DNA from: Azolla caroliniana
Taxonomy: Eukaryota; Plantae; Polypodiophyta
Reading direction: 5' to 3'
DNA: 64,000 nucleotides
Assembly: GCA_043228905.1 (NCBI GenBank)
Contig: JBHGNT010000048.1
Coordinates: 122,671 to 186,670, forward strand
Position 1 is the stretch's first letter; each line of letters starts with the position of its first letter. Shown here piece by piece: positions 38,462 through 54,829 of the stretch. The translations under genes were made by a program, and so were the position numbers. The notes beneath the pieces were generated by a model. That model worked only from the letters and a program-made list of their open reading frames with translations. It was not told where the DNA came from and did no database searches.

Positions 38462-40066
38462 CTCGTAAACTAATCACACCTTTTAGTGTATGGATGCTTC
38501 TATCCTATATTTGTAGGATACATCACTTCCCAAAAAATGGCCATTCAATCATAAAAGACAAGTTGGTGGCCTCATTAATCCTCCCAAACACAAATCTCTA
38601 AAGCATAGAATATTAAAATGCAAACCAATAAAAATAGATTTTTCATTGTATGAAACGAAAAATGTATTGGTTGTGAATGATATTTGCATGATTTGTCCCA
38701 TTTGGGTGCATTATATACGAAAACTATGCTTGTGCACAGTGATTCTATAAACTACATGATGTTGCAATTCGAAATACAATCCTCGAGAGACCCAATTGAG
38801 AAATTCTCACAAGCACACTTTCAAAGTGAAGAATTTTCATACAACATGAATCAAACTGTACAAGCTCGACTTTGATGTGTTTCAACGTGGGAAAGCTTGT
38901 CAACATTCATTAATCAATTCTCAATGTAGATATGCGAACACAAATCAATCCTCGATGTAGATATACGAACCGAAATCCTATCAACCAATTATTGAAAAAC
39001 AAAATGTTTGTAGGTTTGCGTATTGAAAGGTTAAAGCAGAACTTTCTATCCCTCTTCTTGTGGTGCTTTGGACTTCTACCTAAGAACAGTGGAATTGTGA
39101 ATCTTTCTTTTACCTCTAGCTACGAGTCATCCCCATGTTTTGTCCTCACAATTGATGTTATGTGAGGACAACATTGCATGTCATTGTTTGAGTACACGCC
39201 TTCACTGCTTTGGTTTCCATCCCACCTTAGTTCATCCGTAACTAACCTACTATTCTTGCTTTTCATGAAGGTCTTGCGATGTAGCTAGTTATCACATCAA
39301 CCTAACAATATAAAAGTTGTTAGATCCTAAATGTGCAACATTATTATTTGCATCAAATTGTATCATTGTAAGGCTTTCTCACATGTTCTTAAGGATATAT
39401 AAAGGGAGATAGTAAGATTTTGGGAGAACATAAAACCAAAAACAAATTGAACTTTGATACATTGGTGTTTAGGAGCATTAAAGATTCATGTGAATGCATG
39501 TCTCATCAAATGTGATGCATCCAAGAATAAAATAATAACGAAATTGTTTTCATGTCACCATCCAATAGCATTGCCTTTGGAACAAAATTATTGGTGGTGG
39601 ATTTTAATGGAAGGCCTTCTAGGGCCTAATCAAGTAAATAATAAATCCAATATCCCAAAACTAGAACAGTGGCCTTCACCACTACTACGAAAATGTAGTA
39701 AGTACTTCAATGCAATTGTTCTTACCTTTCTGAAGGTCTCGTGTTTGTTGTGCGGTGGTTTACCAATTTAATGCAAAGGTCTTCCGCTTGACCTCAAGTG
39801 ATGCCATTATTCTTGCATGTTATCAATGCTTTCCATACCTTGTGTGTTTTCTTCTGTTCTAACTTTGAGTTTTCTCAGAGTCAAGGTCTCCTAGGTATGA
39901 CTTCAATTCAACACAAGTTCTTCAATTTAACCCTCGTCATCTCATGTTATTCTTGTTTTCAAAAGAACTTCTACGCATCACATCAACTCAACAAAAAAGT
40001 TCAAATAACTTGACCCCAAGTGACGCCATTGTTTTTACATATTTTACAAGATTGTTTTTTTTTTCC

Positions 40067-41237
40067 AAAATGAAGCTACTTTCCCATTAGTTAGGTAAGA
40101 TTATTACAAAGAGACTCTACAAGGAGGCTTAAACATAGATCAGGGAATCTCCCTCCGATCAAGTTCAAGAAAATGAGACTAGTTACATCGCCTTTCAAAC
40201 TGACTACTTAATGTAAGAACCTACAGCTAAAACGGTGCCCTACAGTGATGGCTAGTACGAGACAACTCTTGGGGTCGACTGTACAAGGAGGCTTAAACAT
40301 AGATCAAGGAATCTCCCTCCGATCAAGATTGTATTCTAAATCCTTGGCTCTTCGTACTATTTACATTGCTAATTTTGGTTGTAAAATGGTGAGATCATTA
40401 TTCTCACATATTCTCCAACATTTCCACATTTAAAGTTTTCTAACTCCTTCCTAAACGACCGTGGTGTTCATGCCATCAATTTTTGTACTTTCATATTGCT
40501 TTGTCAATACCTCATGGCATAATCATGTTACACATTAACTCAATGCAAAATGTTTCTACATCATACCCAAGTGTTCCTTGACATCCCTGAGGCTTTTGGT
40601 CCATGCCATCGAAAGTTTTTCAACCTTTAAAAAACATTTCTAACAATGCCATCAAGAAGTTCGATTCAATTAATACAACCATGTATTAACGAAGAATATC
40701 TACAACAACATATAACAAGAGGTAAAGAGTGCATGTCATGGGAAAAAATGAAAATGGAAAAGCATTTATAGGACTGATTTCTCAATCCAATATCATGACT
40801 CAAACAAGTCATAGGTGTCCATTGTGTATTTCTGTTACTTGCATGCTCTTTGAAGTGTGAAATCATAGGTGTCCATTGTGTTAAAAATGAAGCTACTTTC
40901 CCATTAGTTAAGTAAGATTATTACAAAGAGACTCTACAAGGAGGCTTAAACATAGATCAGGGAATCTCCCTCCGATCAAGTTCAAGAAAATGAGACTAGT
41001 TACATCGCCTTTCAGACTGACTACTTAATGTAAGAACCTACAGCTAAAACGGTGCCCTACAATGATAGCTAGTACGAGACAACTCTTGGGGTCGACTGTA
41101 CAAGGAGGCTTAAACATAGATCAAGGAATCTCCCTTTGATCAAGATTGTATTCTAAATCCTTGGCTCTTCGTACTATTTACATTGCTAATTTTGGTTGTA
41201 AAATGGTGAGATCATTATTCTCACATATTCTCCAACA
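40067..41237. repeat. Direct repeat of about 350 bp (40067-40420 and 40884-41237), each copy with an internal 44-bp duplication
   Basis: Near-identical AAAATGAAGCTACTTTCCC...ATTCTCCAACA blocks. Confidence 0.88.
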
Positions 41238-41881
41238 AGAAATCATAGGTGTCCATTGTGTTAAAAATGCTCTTTGAAGCAAGATTGCTTTGGTTTAACC
41301 TAGTCAGTTCATGTGCTGCAAGAGGCTTCTATTGTCCTATCAAGTTTCAATCCAAAATATCACCACTTGAGAAGAAGAGTGACGTGTTGTAACAGCTTTT
41401 GTGAGACGGTTTTGCTTTTCGATGAGGTCTTGTGGAGTTGGTCATAACATCTATCTATGACAGAATGGTATCCAATTCAAACCCAGATGAGCACATGACT
41501 CTTGCATCCTCATCAAGTATTCCATCAGTTTAGGTTTTCTCAAGCATAAATATGAGATAAAAAGAAACATTTTCATGGCATGCATGTGGAGATCACATGC
41601 AACTCTCGATGCTCTATTACTATATAAAGATAAAAGCATGATACAATTATCAAATGACATGTGTATGATATTTACATTTTCCAGAAACTGGAGATGTTTC
41701 TCTACAGAAGAATACCATGCTATTCATCCAATATATACAAAAAAGAATATACAAGGAACAAGCCCACTTCCCAACTGCAAAGCATAAATTTCACATGATC
41801 TGAAGAAGACATATACACACAGAGTTTTGACTAGAAGTATACGCCGAAAATCTGACAAGTGCTACCCCTCAAATCCAGAAT

Positions 41882-44800
41882 TCATGCTTTGATACGAACT
41901 ACAAACGAACCTGTCAAAATAAAGGAGGAACATCTCCATTTAAAAAACTATGTTTGTATAAGTTTAAACCACTCTTATTTCTTTATGCTACTTAAAGATA
42001 TGGCCTTTTTACATTGAATAAGGTACACATTGATTTATTAGTCCAATAATCTTTGTTGTAAATGAGATGGCAAAAAAACAAGATTTCATTGTTTTCATTA
42101 TCAAAGATTGGATGATATCGACTTGCCATGGTTCTAACATGTACTCCAGCAGCCTGATTAAGTGTTTACATATGACAAGTATAGGGGAATAGGGCTCAGG
42201 TGAAGCAGCTAACTTTAAAGTAAAAGAGCAGCACAAACATAACAGTGGAGTATAAGGTTAATGCTCAATAATAATAAAAATAAATATAATAGAAGGCATT
42301 GAAACCAGAAGTGAAAAACAAAACAGAATATGCAAAACTGGATTTATAAGAGAAAAAGCAAAAGACTTTATAAAAGGTGAATTCTTATTCTCCTCCACAG
42401 CATTGAAAACCAATTCCTGCATCAATGCATTTTACACTTGCACAAGCAGTTCAAATGTTTATATTATTATATAGTGTTCCTTGATCTCCAAGGTTTGATA
42501 GATTATAGAACTCATCGTCGTCAACCGATTAACAACAGTTAATTTCCACTGACTCGGTATGCAGAAGAAATTAACAAAGTAGCACATCGCATGAAGGGTC
42601 ACGTGAGCCCTCTAATGATATGAGCCATGGCTTGTAAAGATCGAGATTTTTGTAATCTTGGTCTCTCTTCAAGAACCAATTTTCTCCATGCAACAAGGAG
42701 GTCCACATACAAAATAATAGGGTGGTTTCCTCACTTTTAACAATGCTAACTATTTCTTAGCATAACTCGGACATATGTGTCAATCACTTAACCAGTTTTG
42801 TTTTAAAGAGCACTATATTCTGACCAAGACCTCTCCATAAAGCATTTGGATGAAACCTCTTTCAATTTAACGCCAAATACACAGTGGTGAAGATGTTTGA
42901 AAAGTTGTAGTTCACTCAACAGAACAGATTTTCAATGTTATGATGTCACTTCTAGCTTTTGCAACCATGAGAATCCATTTCTAGAAGTGAAACTTGCCAA
43001 CAGACACAATCCTCACCAATTAAACTTAATTTTAACTTCACTCCATTTGCTCATGCTATTTGAATCCTCTAATATTTGATATACAATATATTTTCATTCA
43101 GCATTATCAAGTTCACAAATTTACCTCAGTTGAGCTTTGGCCAGACTATGGACTTTATCATCATATACCTTTGTCGTTCTCTTTCATATCTTCAGCAGAA
43201 CCCTCACAAGAACTCTCTAAACCATCAACGTGTGATGGTTAAGCAAACTCAATCTGGTAAACACCAAGTATAGGGATGAGAATACATCATAACCCATCAT
43301 CAGGCTATGGATGTATCAATATGAAAGGTACAAATCTTCAAGAACGCAAGGTTTCATTCCAAACTATAACTGGCTGTGAGCATTTTTGCTTTATTAATCT
43401 TAAGGGATTCCATATGCTCTAAGGAGTTGGATTTGCACCATATATTCCGAGATGTGAAGGATATATAATCATGGTAGGATTGTTATTTCTGGTCCACGTT
43501 TTTGTGAATTGAGTTTTTGGGTCAACCAATCATACATCTTTTGGAGGACTGGTCTGACAACCAAAACTGGATTGTGTTCAAATCACAGACATTCAGTATA
43601 TGTTCAGATTTACTTGAATGAGGCTAACCTAATGCATGCGTTTCAGAGGACTATGATCTAATAAACAAAATCAAATTGTGCTGCAAAACAACCATGTTCA
43701 GAATATTGAGAGTACCATTAGTATATGACCTCAGGAAGATATGATGGTAAATACACAAATCAGTTATTGCTTGTAGTGAATTAAAACAATGATTACGATA
43801 CTGTCAATCCAAGGGACAATGTACTTACATGCAGGAAGTCTCACAACCTCAGCAGAAACGTCACATGGAACTCCAATATTTGTCAGTGCCCCACGAATTA
43901 GACCACATGGGAAGTAAAGATAATCACTAGCTGCTCTTGCTTCTAATGCAGTATTGTTAGAGACAGAATCTTCTGCAGAAGTTTCATCCTTGCTGTCTGG
44001 TGGAGCATCTAAAGATATGCATGTTAGCCATCGGAACTGATTATCCTGTAGAACAAATACACCCTGCACGAAGAGGGTAAACAACTTGTCAGAATTATGC
44101 GATATATTATAGCCAAATTTGACTGGGGTACATTAAAAATAGCGCACATACTGGGTCTTATTAAACTCCAACTTACACGATGATTTGTCTTCAAGTTATC
44201 CACTTGCTTCTTAAATATTTCTGCCCAGAAATCCTTGCATATGAATTTGATTGCTTCCAGATGGTCAGTAAACCAGGGTCGTTCTTTTGTGTATCTGAAT
44301 AGTTGAAGAAGATGTATTGAAAACGTGAAATCAAAAGCAACGGAAACCATAACTAATGAATGCAATAATGGATGGGAGTATTCCTGGAAAAAGAAGAAAT
44401 CGGACCAAATAAGCAAAAGGAAAACCATAGCTAACGAATGCAATAATGGATGGAATATTCTGGGACAAGAAGAAACCAGACCAAATATTTGGAAACACTT
44501 TCATCTCGAGCCAGAAACCTCCACCGATGAACAGGAAAATGCAGTAAATAGCAGGACGAGGTGTAGGAACGGGATATGGAAAAAGAGCAGATGAGACGTT
44601 TTTCAACTGGTTTTCAATTAGTTTTCGACTCGTTTTCAACAAAGAAACTTCCATGGAGTAAATAAATCTGAAGAGCATTGGGAAAGCAGACCTTGGGAGT
44701 TTCACAGAAGATCTAGGTAGTAACAGGAAAAATACAGAAAAACGATCGAGTAGAGAAGGAAAATAAAACCAAAAAAAGAAAGGAGGTAACAGAAATATTT

Positions 44801-45028
44801 AAGAAGCTATTACCTTTCAACCAGTTGTGATCCAACCTGGTAACCCATGGATTCTAACCGTCTTCCAGGCAGCTCAGGCTTAACTTCAGAACGAGGATGA
44901 GGATGAAGACGAAGAAGAAGAAGAAGCTGGTCTCTTCTTGAACAATAGGTGTCAACCATCGCCATGGCCAAGTAATCGAAGCAGCTCTCCGCGACCTCCC
45001 TCCGTCCAAGTGCAGTACGCCGCATCAT
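41882..45028 (-). CDS. TRS33: Trafficking protein particle (TRAPP) complex subunit 6 / Trs33, 4 exons, 198 aa
   Basis: Exons 45028-44814, 44294-44177, 44063-43829 and 41910-41882, all GT-AG and in phase. Motifs GYQVG..LVER, IKFICKDFW, LKTNHRGVFVLQD, PCGLIRGAL, CSFVVRIKA*. Confidence 0.93.
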
Positions 45029-45168
45029 CAATACCGCGAAGCACAGACAGACAGATCACAGAACAGATCACAGACAGACAGAGAGGAGAAGGCAGAGCGA
45101 TTAGAGAAAAACATGATTCTGACTGAGACGACGGCAGGTGAATGCCGTGGGATATGGCGGATGGCGAT

Positions 45169-45345
45169 GATGGTCACGTGACTGAGATGGCCGGCCCCAA
45201 AAATGGGCACGTGAGCGATAATGGGCATGACGGCATGCATATGGTCACGTGACTGAGATGGCCGGCCAAAATGGCCACGTGACCGATCGATCTGGGCACC
45301 GACGGCCATATGGGATGGTTGGCCAAAATAGTCATGTGACCGATA
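45169..45345. promoter_or_regulatory. Clustered G-box/E-box (CACGTG) motifs in the TRS33 promoter
   Basis: GTCACGTGAC at 45173 and 45244, CACGTG at 45208 and 45276, a degenerate copy near 45331. Arranged in a ~70-bp duplicated unit. Confidence 0.55.
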
Positions 45346-45390
45346 TGGGCTGACGCCCATATGGTCGCATGACGGAGGCCGAGGGTCCAC

Positions 45391-45847
45391 TAGGGATCGG
45401 CAACGGCTCGGCTCAAGCCTAAACCGTTTGGCTTAGCCGGCTTAAAGCAGCTTAGCGGCTCGGTTTAGGCTTGTTGAACTTGCCTTAATGGTTTGAGCTC
45501 GGATCGGATCGGCTTGAACCTCGCCAAACCGGCTCAAGCTGGATAAGCCGTTTAGAAACTTTAGAGAGAGAGGGGGGGGAGATAGAAAGAGAGGGAGGGA
45601 GGGAGAGAGAGAGAGAGAAAGAAATATATATATATATATATATATATTAACTTCTTCTAAGGCCAAATTTGGCCCATGAGACAATTGGTTTACAACAAAA
45701 ATGAGTGTTTATCCAATCATCAAAACTAAAATAAAAGAAGAGAAAGAGAGGTTTCCAAACCGGTTCGGTTCAAGTTTGAGATCGCCAAAACGGTTTAGGC
45801 TTAGCCGGTTTGGATTGGATCAGGCCAAACCAACTAGCCGATCCCTA
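45391..45847. mobile_element. Non-autonomous hAT-type DNA transposon (MITE)
   Basis: 11-bp TIR TAGGGATCGGC/GCCGATCCCTA, perfect 8-bp TSD GGGTCCAC, subterminal AAACCG/CGGTTT repeats. Confidence 0.92.
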
Positions 45848-48152
45848 GGGTCCACATATAAGTTATGTGACCTTTGAAAATTTGGGTTTCGAAGTAAAAA
45901 CAAATCTAGGGGGGGATGTAACCTCCTCATTAGAGCGAGAGGAATGTCTCGATTAGAATGATGTTTGGGACACTGCCACCGCCATGGCGAGGCTCTCACT
46001 AACAATAGCTCTTGTTTGTGAATTTGCTTCCGGGGCATGATCTTAGGCAATATTCGGTGGTGGTATGGGGTGCCAATGATGTTTATGGTCCATATCAATT
46101 CCTTTGCTTGAGGGAAAGTGTCTTGCATCCATTTCATTCATTGATCATATGTTATTTTATTAATGATTAGTTCTATAACTACATCACCCTTCAAATGCTT
46201 TACACCCCACACTTTTTCCTTGCACATTCAATTTGACATTAAAAAATGTTGCCTTCCATCCATTGCAATGTCATGCCAAATCATCATGCTATAGAATACA
46301 AATGATTGGATATAAAAGTCATCAAGTGTAAGCTTAAAGTTTAACGTTGCATGAAAGTGAAGATGGTTACATGGTGAACAAACGCCAAAGTGTGGATCAT
46401 ATGCGATCGTGTCTCATGCATGTGATTTGGGTGCATGTTATACCCACATCAAACAAGTGTAAGGGGACTTTGATCCAACCCACCCATCTCAAACGATGGA
46501 GCGAAAACATTCATTTGATGTGCATGTTTTAGTGTGAGACGGAATTGTTAAAGATAGATGGGCCATTGAGCATGATGGTAATACACTAGTCATGAATTAT
46601 ATTTGGGAAATCTAGTAACAATTAATGCATATTCAATTAACATTATTACAATAAACACATACTCATTTACGTTGATGGGCTTTGCTCCAATTTATGCAAA
46701 TCGAGATGGGCTTAATTATAGCACCTACACGATAACCTACCTTGCACTTTATACAAAAGGAGTGAATACATATTAATATTTCCAAAATTTTGAGGGGTAG
46801 ATTTGATGGGTTTTGTAAACTTATGACACGTTCATAATCTAAAAGATAAATACCTCTCCTTATGGTTGTACCATTGAAACTAGAATTTCAATCATCCAAA
46901 CAAATCCATAAAGTAAACAACGTGAAAACAATAAGTTTTCCTTCATACATTCTCTTTCATTTGTTAATATAGTTAAACATGCATATTATCGATGCAATCA
47001 ATAAGAATAGATGGCAACCAATGTTGTTTATGAATCGACGTGTGAGTATAAATAATGTCCCGAACATATATATGGACAACAATGTGTAATATACACAAAA
47101 AGGGATATTTCGTTCAAATAAATGGGAATATAACTAGACTTCTGATATCAATTCTTAATACAAAGGGAAGGTTATATGTGCAATTTCCCATTATCGGAAA
47201 GACAATGGGGTATCTTCATAGGTGGGAAATCAAAATTTCTCCTTTCTTATTTTTTATTTGATGTATACAAAGAATGGTAAATGCAAACTTGGGTGAAGAG
47301 GAGTTATCCTCAATGATGATGATTGCATGGTCATGGATGCTCACTTTCTTCTTTGCCACCAATACACCCTAAAACAATGTGATTTAATCAGTATCTCTAT
47401 TCACATCCATCTAAAGTTGAACAACTATTTTTCTTAGAGGTGATATGTCTAAGAGAAAAGTGTGAAAAGGTAACCAACCGTAAAGGGATGGTTTGGGTGT
47501 ATTATATATGTACATCATGGGAGGTATATATTTGGAAATCTCCCTTAGTTCACTAGATGATGTGCAAAAAATCACTAGAGCTTTCCTTTTTTTGATGGTT
47601 ACATACATAGTTGGAAACATATTTGAAACCTTAAAAAGAGGATTCGTGCGAAAAGGAGTTTTCTTCATCTACAACTATTTATCAGCCCCATGTTAGTTCT
47701 TCATTTCCATTGTCACGTAGAGACAAATGACTAAGACAAAGATAGATAGATAACATAGACAATCACAAAGAGGATTCTTCTTTGTCTTGTCCTCCACTTT
47801 GCCTTGGCTCCAGGGGGGGGGGGGGGGGGGGGGATTAGGGTTGCTATCCAACCATTCATTTGTCAGCCTGAGGGACGTCAACACTTTCTTTGTTTTCATT
47901 CCTAGCGATAAGCATTAAGCTAGCACGAGCATCATTTTCCTTAGCTTCGTATTCATGTCCATACATCCATGTCCTCGAGCACGCACCTTATGAAGAGAAA
48001 TACTCGCCGATGGACCACATGCCCCTCTCTCTCTCTCTAGCATTTTTTATTAACATAATTAGTTTACCCTAGTGGTAAGTTGTTACACTACAAGCTTTAC
48101 ATCTTGGGTTTGAGACCTGATTGTCTTACCTATCTATTAGACACTTCATACA

Positions 48153-48390
48153 TACCTCATAATTCACTAGATGCCATTGTGGAATGTAGGGTTTGAACCC
48201 ATGATGTCCTGGTCTTCCATTGGGCAACCTTACCTCGTAACTCACTAGATGCCACTGTGGAATGTAGGGGTTGAACCCATGACCTCCTGGTCTTCCATTG
48301 GGCAACCTTACCTCATAATTCACTAGATGCCATTGTGGAATGTAGGGGGTTGAACCCATGACCTCATGGTCTCCATTGGGCAACCTTACC
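48153..48390 (-). repeat. 3 x 78-bp tandem repeat with tRNA/SINE-like B box
   Basis: Units start at 48153, 48231 and 48309. The minus strand carries TCATGGGTTCAAMCCC in each unit. Confidence 0.85.
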
Positions 48391-48677
48391 AACAGAGGAG
48401 GCTATGGAGGAAGTGGAGGGGTATTCTTGCAATTTCCATAAACTCACACAAAAGCGAAACCAGAGAAATGAAGAGGCCTTCCTCCTCCACTTCATTCTCT
48501 CTCTATCTCTATCTCTCTCTCTCTCTCTTCGTCTTCGTCTCTCTCCTTCCTCCATTCTGTTTCTTTCCGTGCAGAGAAAGCTACGCAGGCACAGACGCAG
48601 ACGCAGAGAAAACCTTCCCTTTCTCTCTCTCGCTCCCCTCCTCTGTGCCTGCCACTGCCTTGCCTGGTCTTATCGCC

Positions 48678-52592
<3,915 letters not shown>

Positions 52593-53993
52593 ATTTAAAA
52601 AAATTTGTTAGGCCATATTAGAAAATGAAAAGTCTTGAGACATGATAGAGGTACTTGGCCATTGATAATATATATGATTATTTGCAAATCTTCTTATTCT
52701 TTTCTGAAGAAGAGTAGAAGGGAGAAACAGATTCAGGTCATTTGAGTAGCATATGCCATTCAAAACTCTCCTGAAGGGGAGTGATGGGTGTTGTTTAAGT
52801 GTTCGCTTGTGCTGTATAACTGTCTGAGGATGATGGGTAATGAATAGTCCAAATCATTAATTTGTTTAAGTCATTTTAACACTTGTTGTAGTTTTGAAGT
52901 GTTGTGCTTGCTGTTGATTAGTAAGAATATCTAAAGTTCACATGTGGTTCAAAGAATGTAAACTAGTTCAATGCAGGTGGTCTTTTTTAATGAAAGCTGA
53001 TCCACACAGGAATTGATGTTAATAAGTTCTAGTTCCTTATCAGTAAAACTTTCTTAATCTACATTTATGGACATGATAGTGTCTATTTGCGTAGCTTGCA
53101 AATCTATTTTAAATATTTGGTGATTTGTTGCGTTTCAACTGTTAACTATGTCCATGCAAGTGCTATTCTTATCTCTTTTTGTCTAGGTCTCTCTACACTC
53201 GTCTCTCCAAAGTCTGATTCATTTCAAGTACCCTGCATTGAATTATGAATTGCTTGCATAAGTGGAAAAAGAATCCTCTTTGTATTCTTAGTATCCTAAT
53301 ACCAATCGTATCTTAATATGTTAATTATGTACATGAATGGGCTTGAGCACTTGTAGAAATGAAATTGCTTTATCATTGAAACAAGCATTTGGAGCCACTA
53401 GGTGGTCTCAAAATGGAATAAAAATTCATTTGATGATAGGGAAAAAGTTTTGTGCTATAGTAAGGTTCCATTGTGAAAAAGTTTGTGGGAAACAAATATC
53501 GATACAATATCTTCTCCCAATGATGGTGTTCATGTAACCCTACACTTTAGCCTCACATCATCTTCCTCTTTTGAGTACTACAATAATTCATAACAACTCA
53601 ATCACCTAGATTCGTCAATCCCTATCATGATTTGTTTGTATATTTTCATTGTTACATGATACATTGCTCTTAGGTGTTGATGAAAATATCTTTTAACATA
53701 TGCAAAATAATAAACCATTGGGAAACATAACTCCTTAAAGCAACCAATATACAACATAAGATTATTCATTGTTCTTATTATTGTCCAAGGACCACATTTC
53801 GTATGACTAAGAGTGATATTGCCGAACCCTTTTATAACAATAATGCCGGTGACACTTTCAGTTGTTCTTCTTGTAGAAGGAGCACCCACATTTTCAAAGG
53901 CACTACTTAAAGAGGCTTGAATTCTTGGTTCAAAGGAACATAATGTAATCTCATCGCAAAACACAAACAACCTTTTCTACTTAGACAATATCT

Positions 53994-54528
53994 AAGGAAA
54001 CACAACATTCTCCGAATCTTCTGAGTGGTTTTTGCTTAAATCTCTTTTCACAAGATCATTACATTCGAAAGTATGCCACAACATGGAGTTTTTCTTTTCC
54101 CACTTTGTTTGGCATTGTATGAGGAATTTTTTGGAGTTAGTGTCCAAGGAACTAAACACACACACACACACACACACACAAAATAAAAAATAAAAAAAAT
54201 TTGATAGTAAGGTATGGACTTGCAAAAAAGATTGATCACCTGAGACCTAGCTGCCATGGCCAATTTGACTTTAACTCGTGTCTTGCACTAGTAGTTTAGC
54301 TACGCCATACACACCGAGGCTAACACCCACACCCACACCCACACCCCGCAATCTCCAAGGAAACACAACATGTTCCAAATCTTATGAGCGATGTTTTGCC
54401 TAAAACTCTTTCCACAACACCATTGCATTGGAAAGTATGCCATGGCATTGAGGTCTTTTTCTAGCCCCCGCTTTATTTTTCAAGTGTCATGAGGAGGATT
54501 TTGTTTGGAGTTGGTGTGCAAGGAACCG
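53994..54528. repeat. Diverged tandem duplication (about 365 bp period) upstream of the AHAS subunit gene
   Basis: AAGGAAACACAACAT...GAAAGTATGCCA...ATGAGGA...TTGGAGTT.GTGT.CAAGGAAC present twice. Confidence 0.7.
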
Positions 54529-54829
54529 GAGGGCCAAGAGTCAGGTTCAGCAAGAGGCCCCCGACCGACCGGCCGGCCATCAAGCAATTCGTGTGTCGTG
54601 TGTCGAGCAATCCTCTCCTCTCCTTTCTTTCTTTCAGTCTTTTCTTTTCTTTTCATTTATGGGCAAATAAATCATCTATGTATGTATCTTGATTCTTTTC
54701 TTTGGTTAGTGAAGTAAGTAAGAAGATAGTAGAGTGTGTGTGTGTCTGTAATACTTTGATTTTCTAGAACTCAGAAAGTCTGTCTTGTCTGTCTGTGTTC
54801 CTTTCGTTTTCGAGAAGCTCTCCCCGGCT

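Noticed and set aside
48153-48390. Functional tRNA gene cluster
   Set aside because: B-box-like motifs are present, but no convincing cloverleaf or acceptor stem could be drawn.
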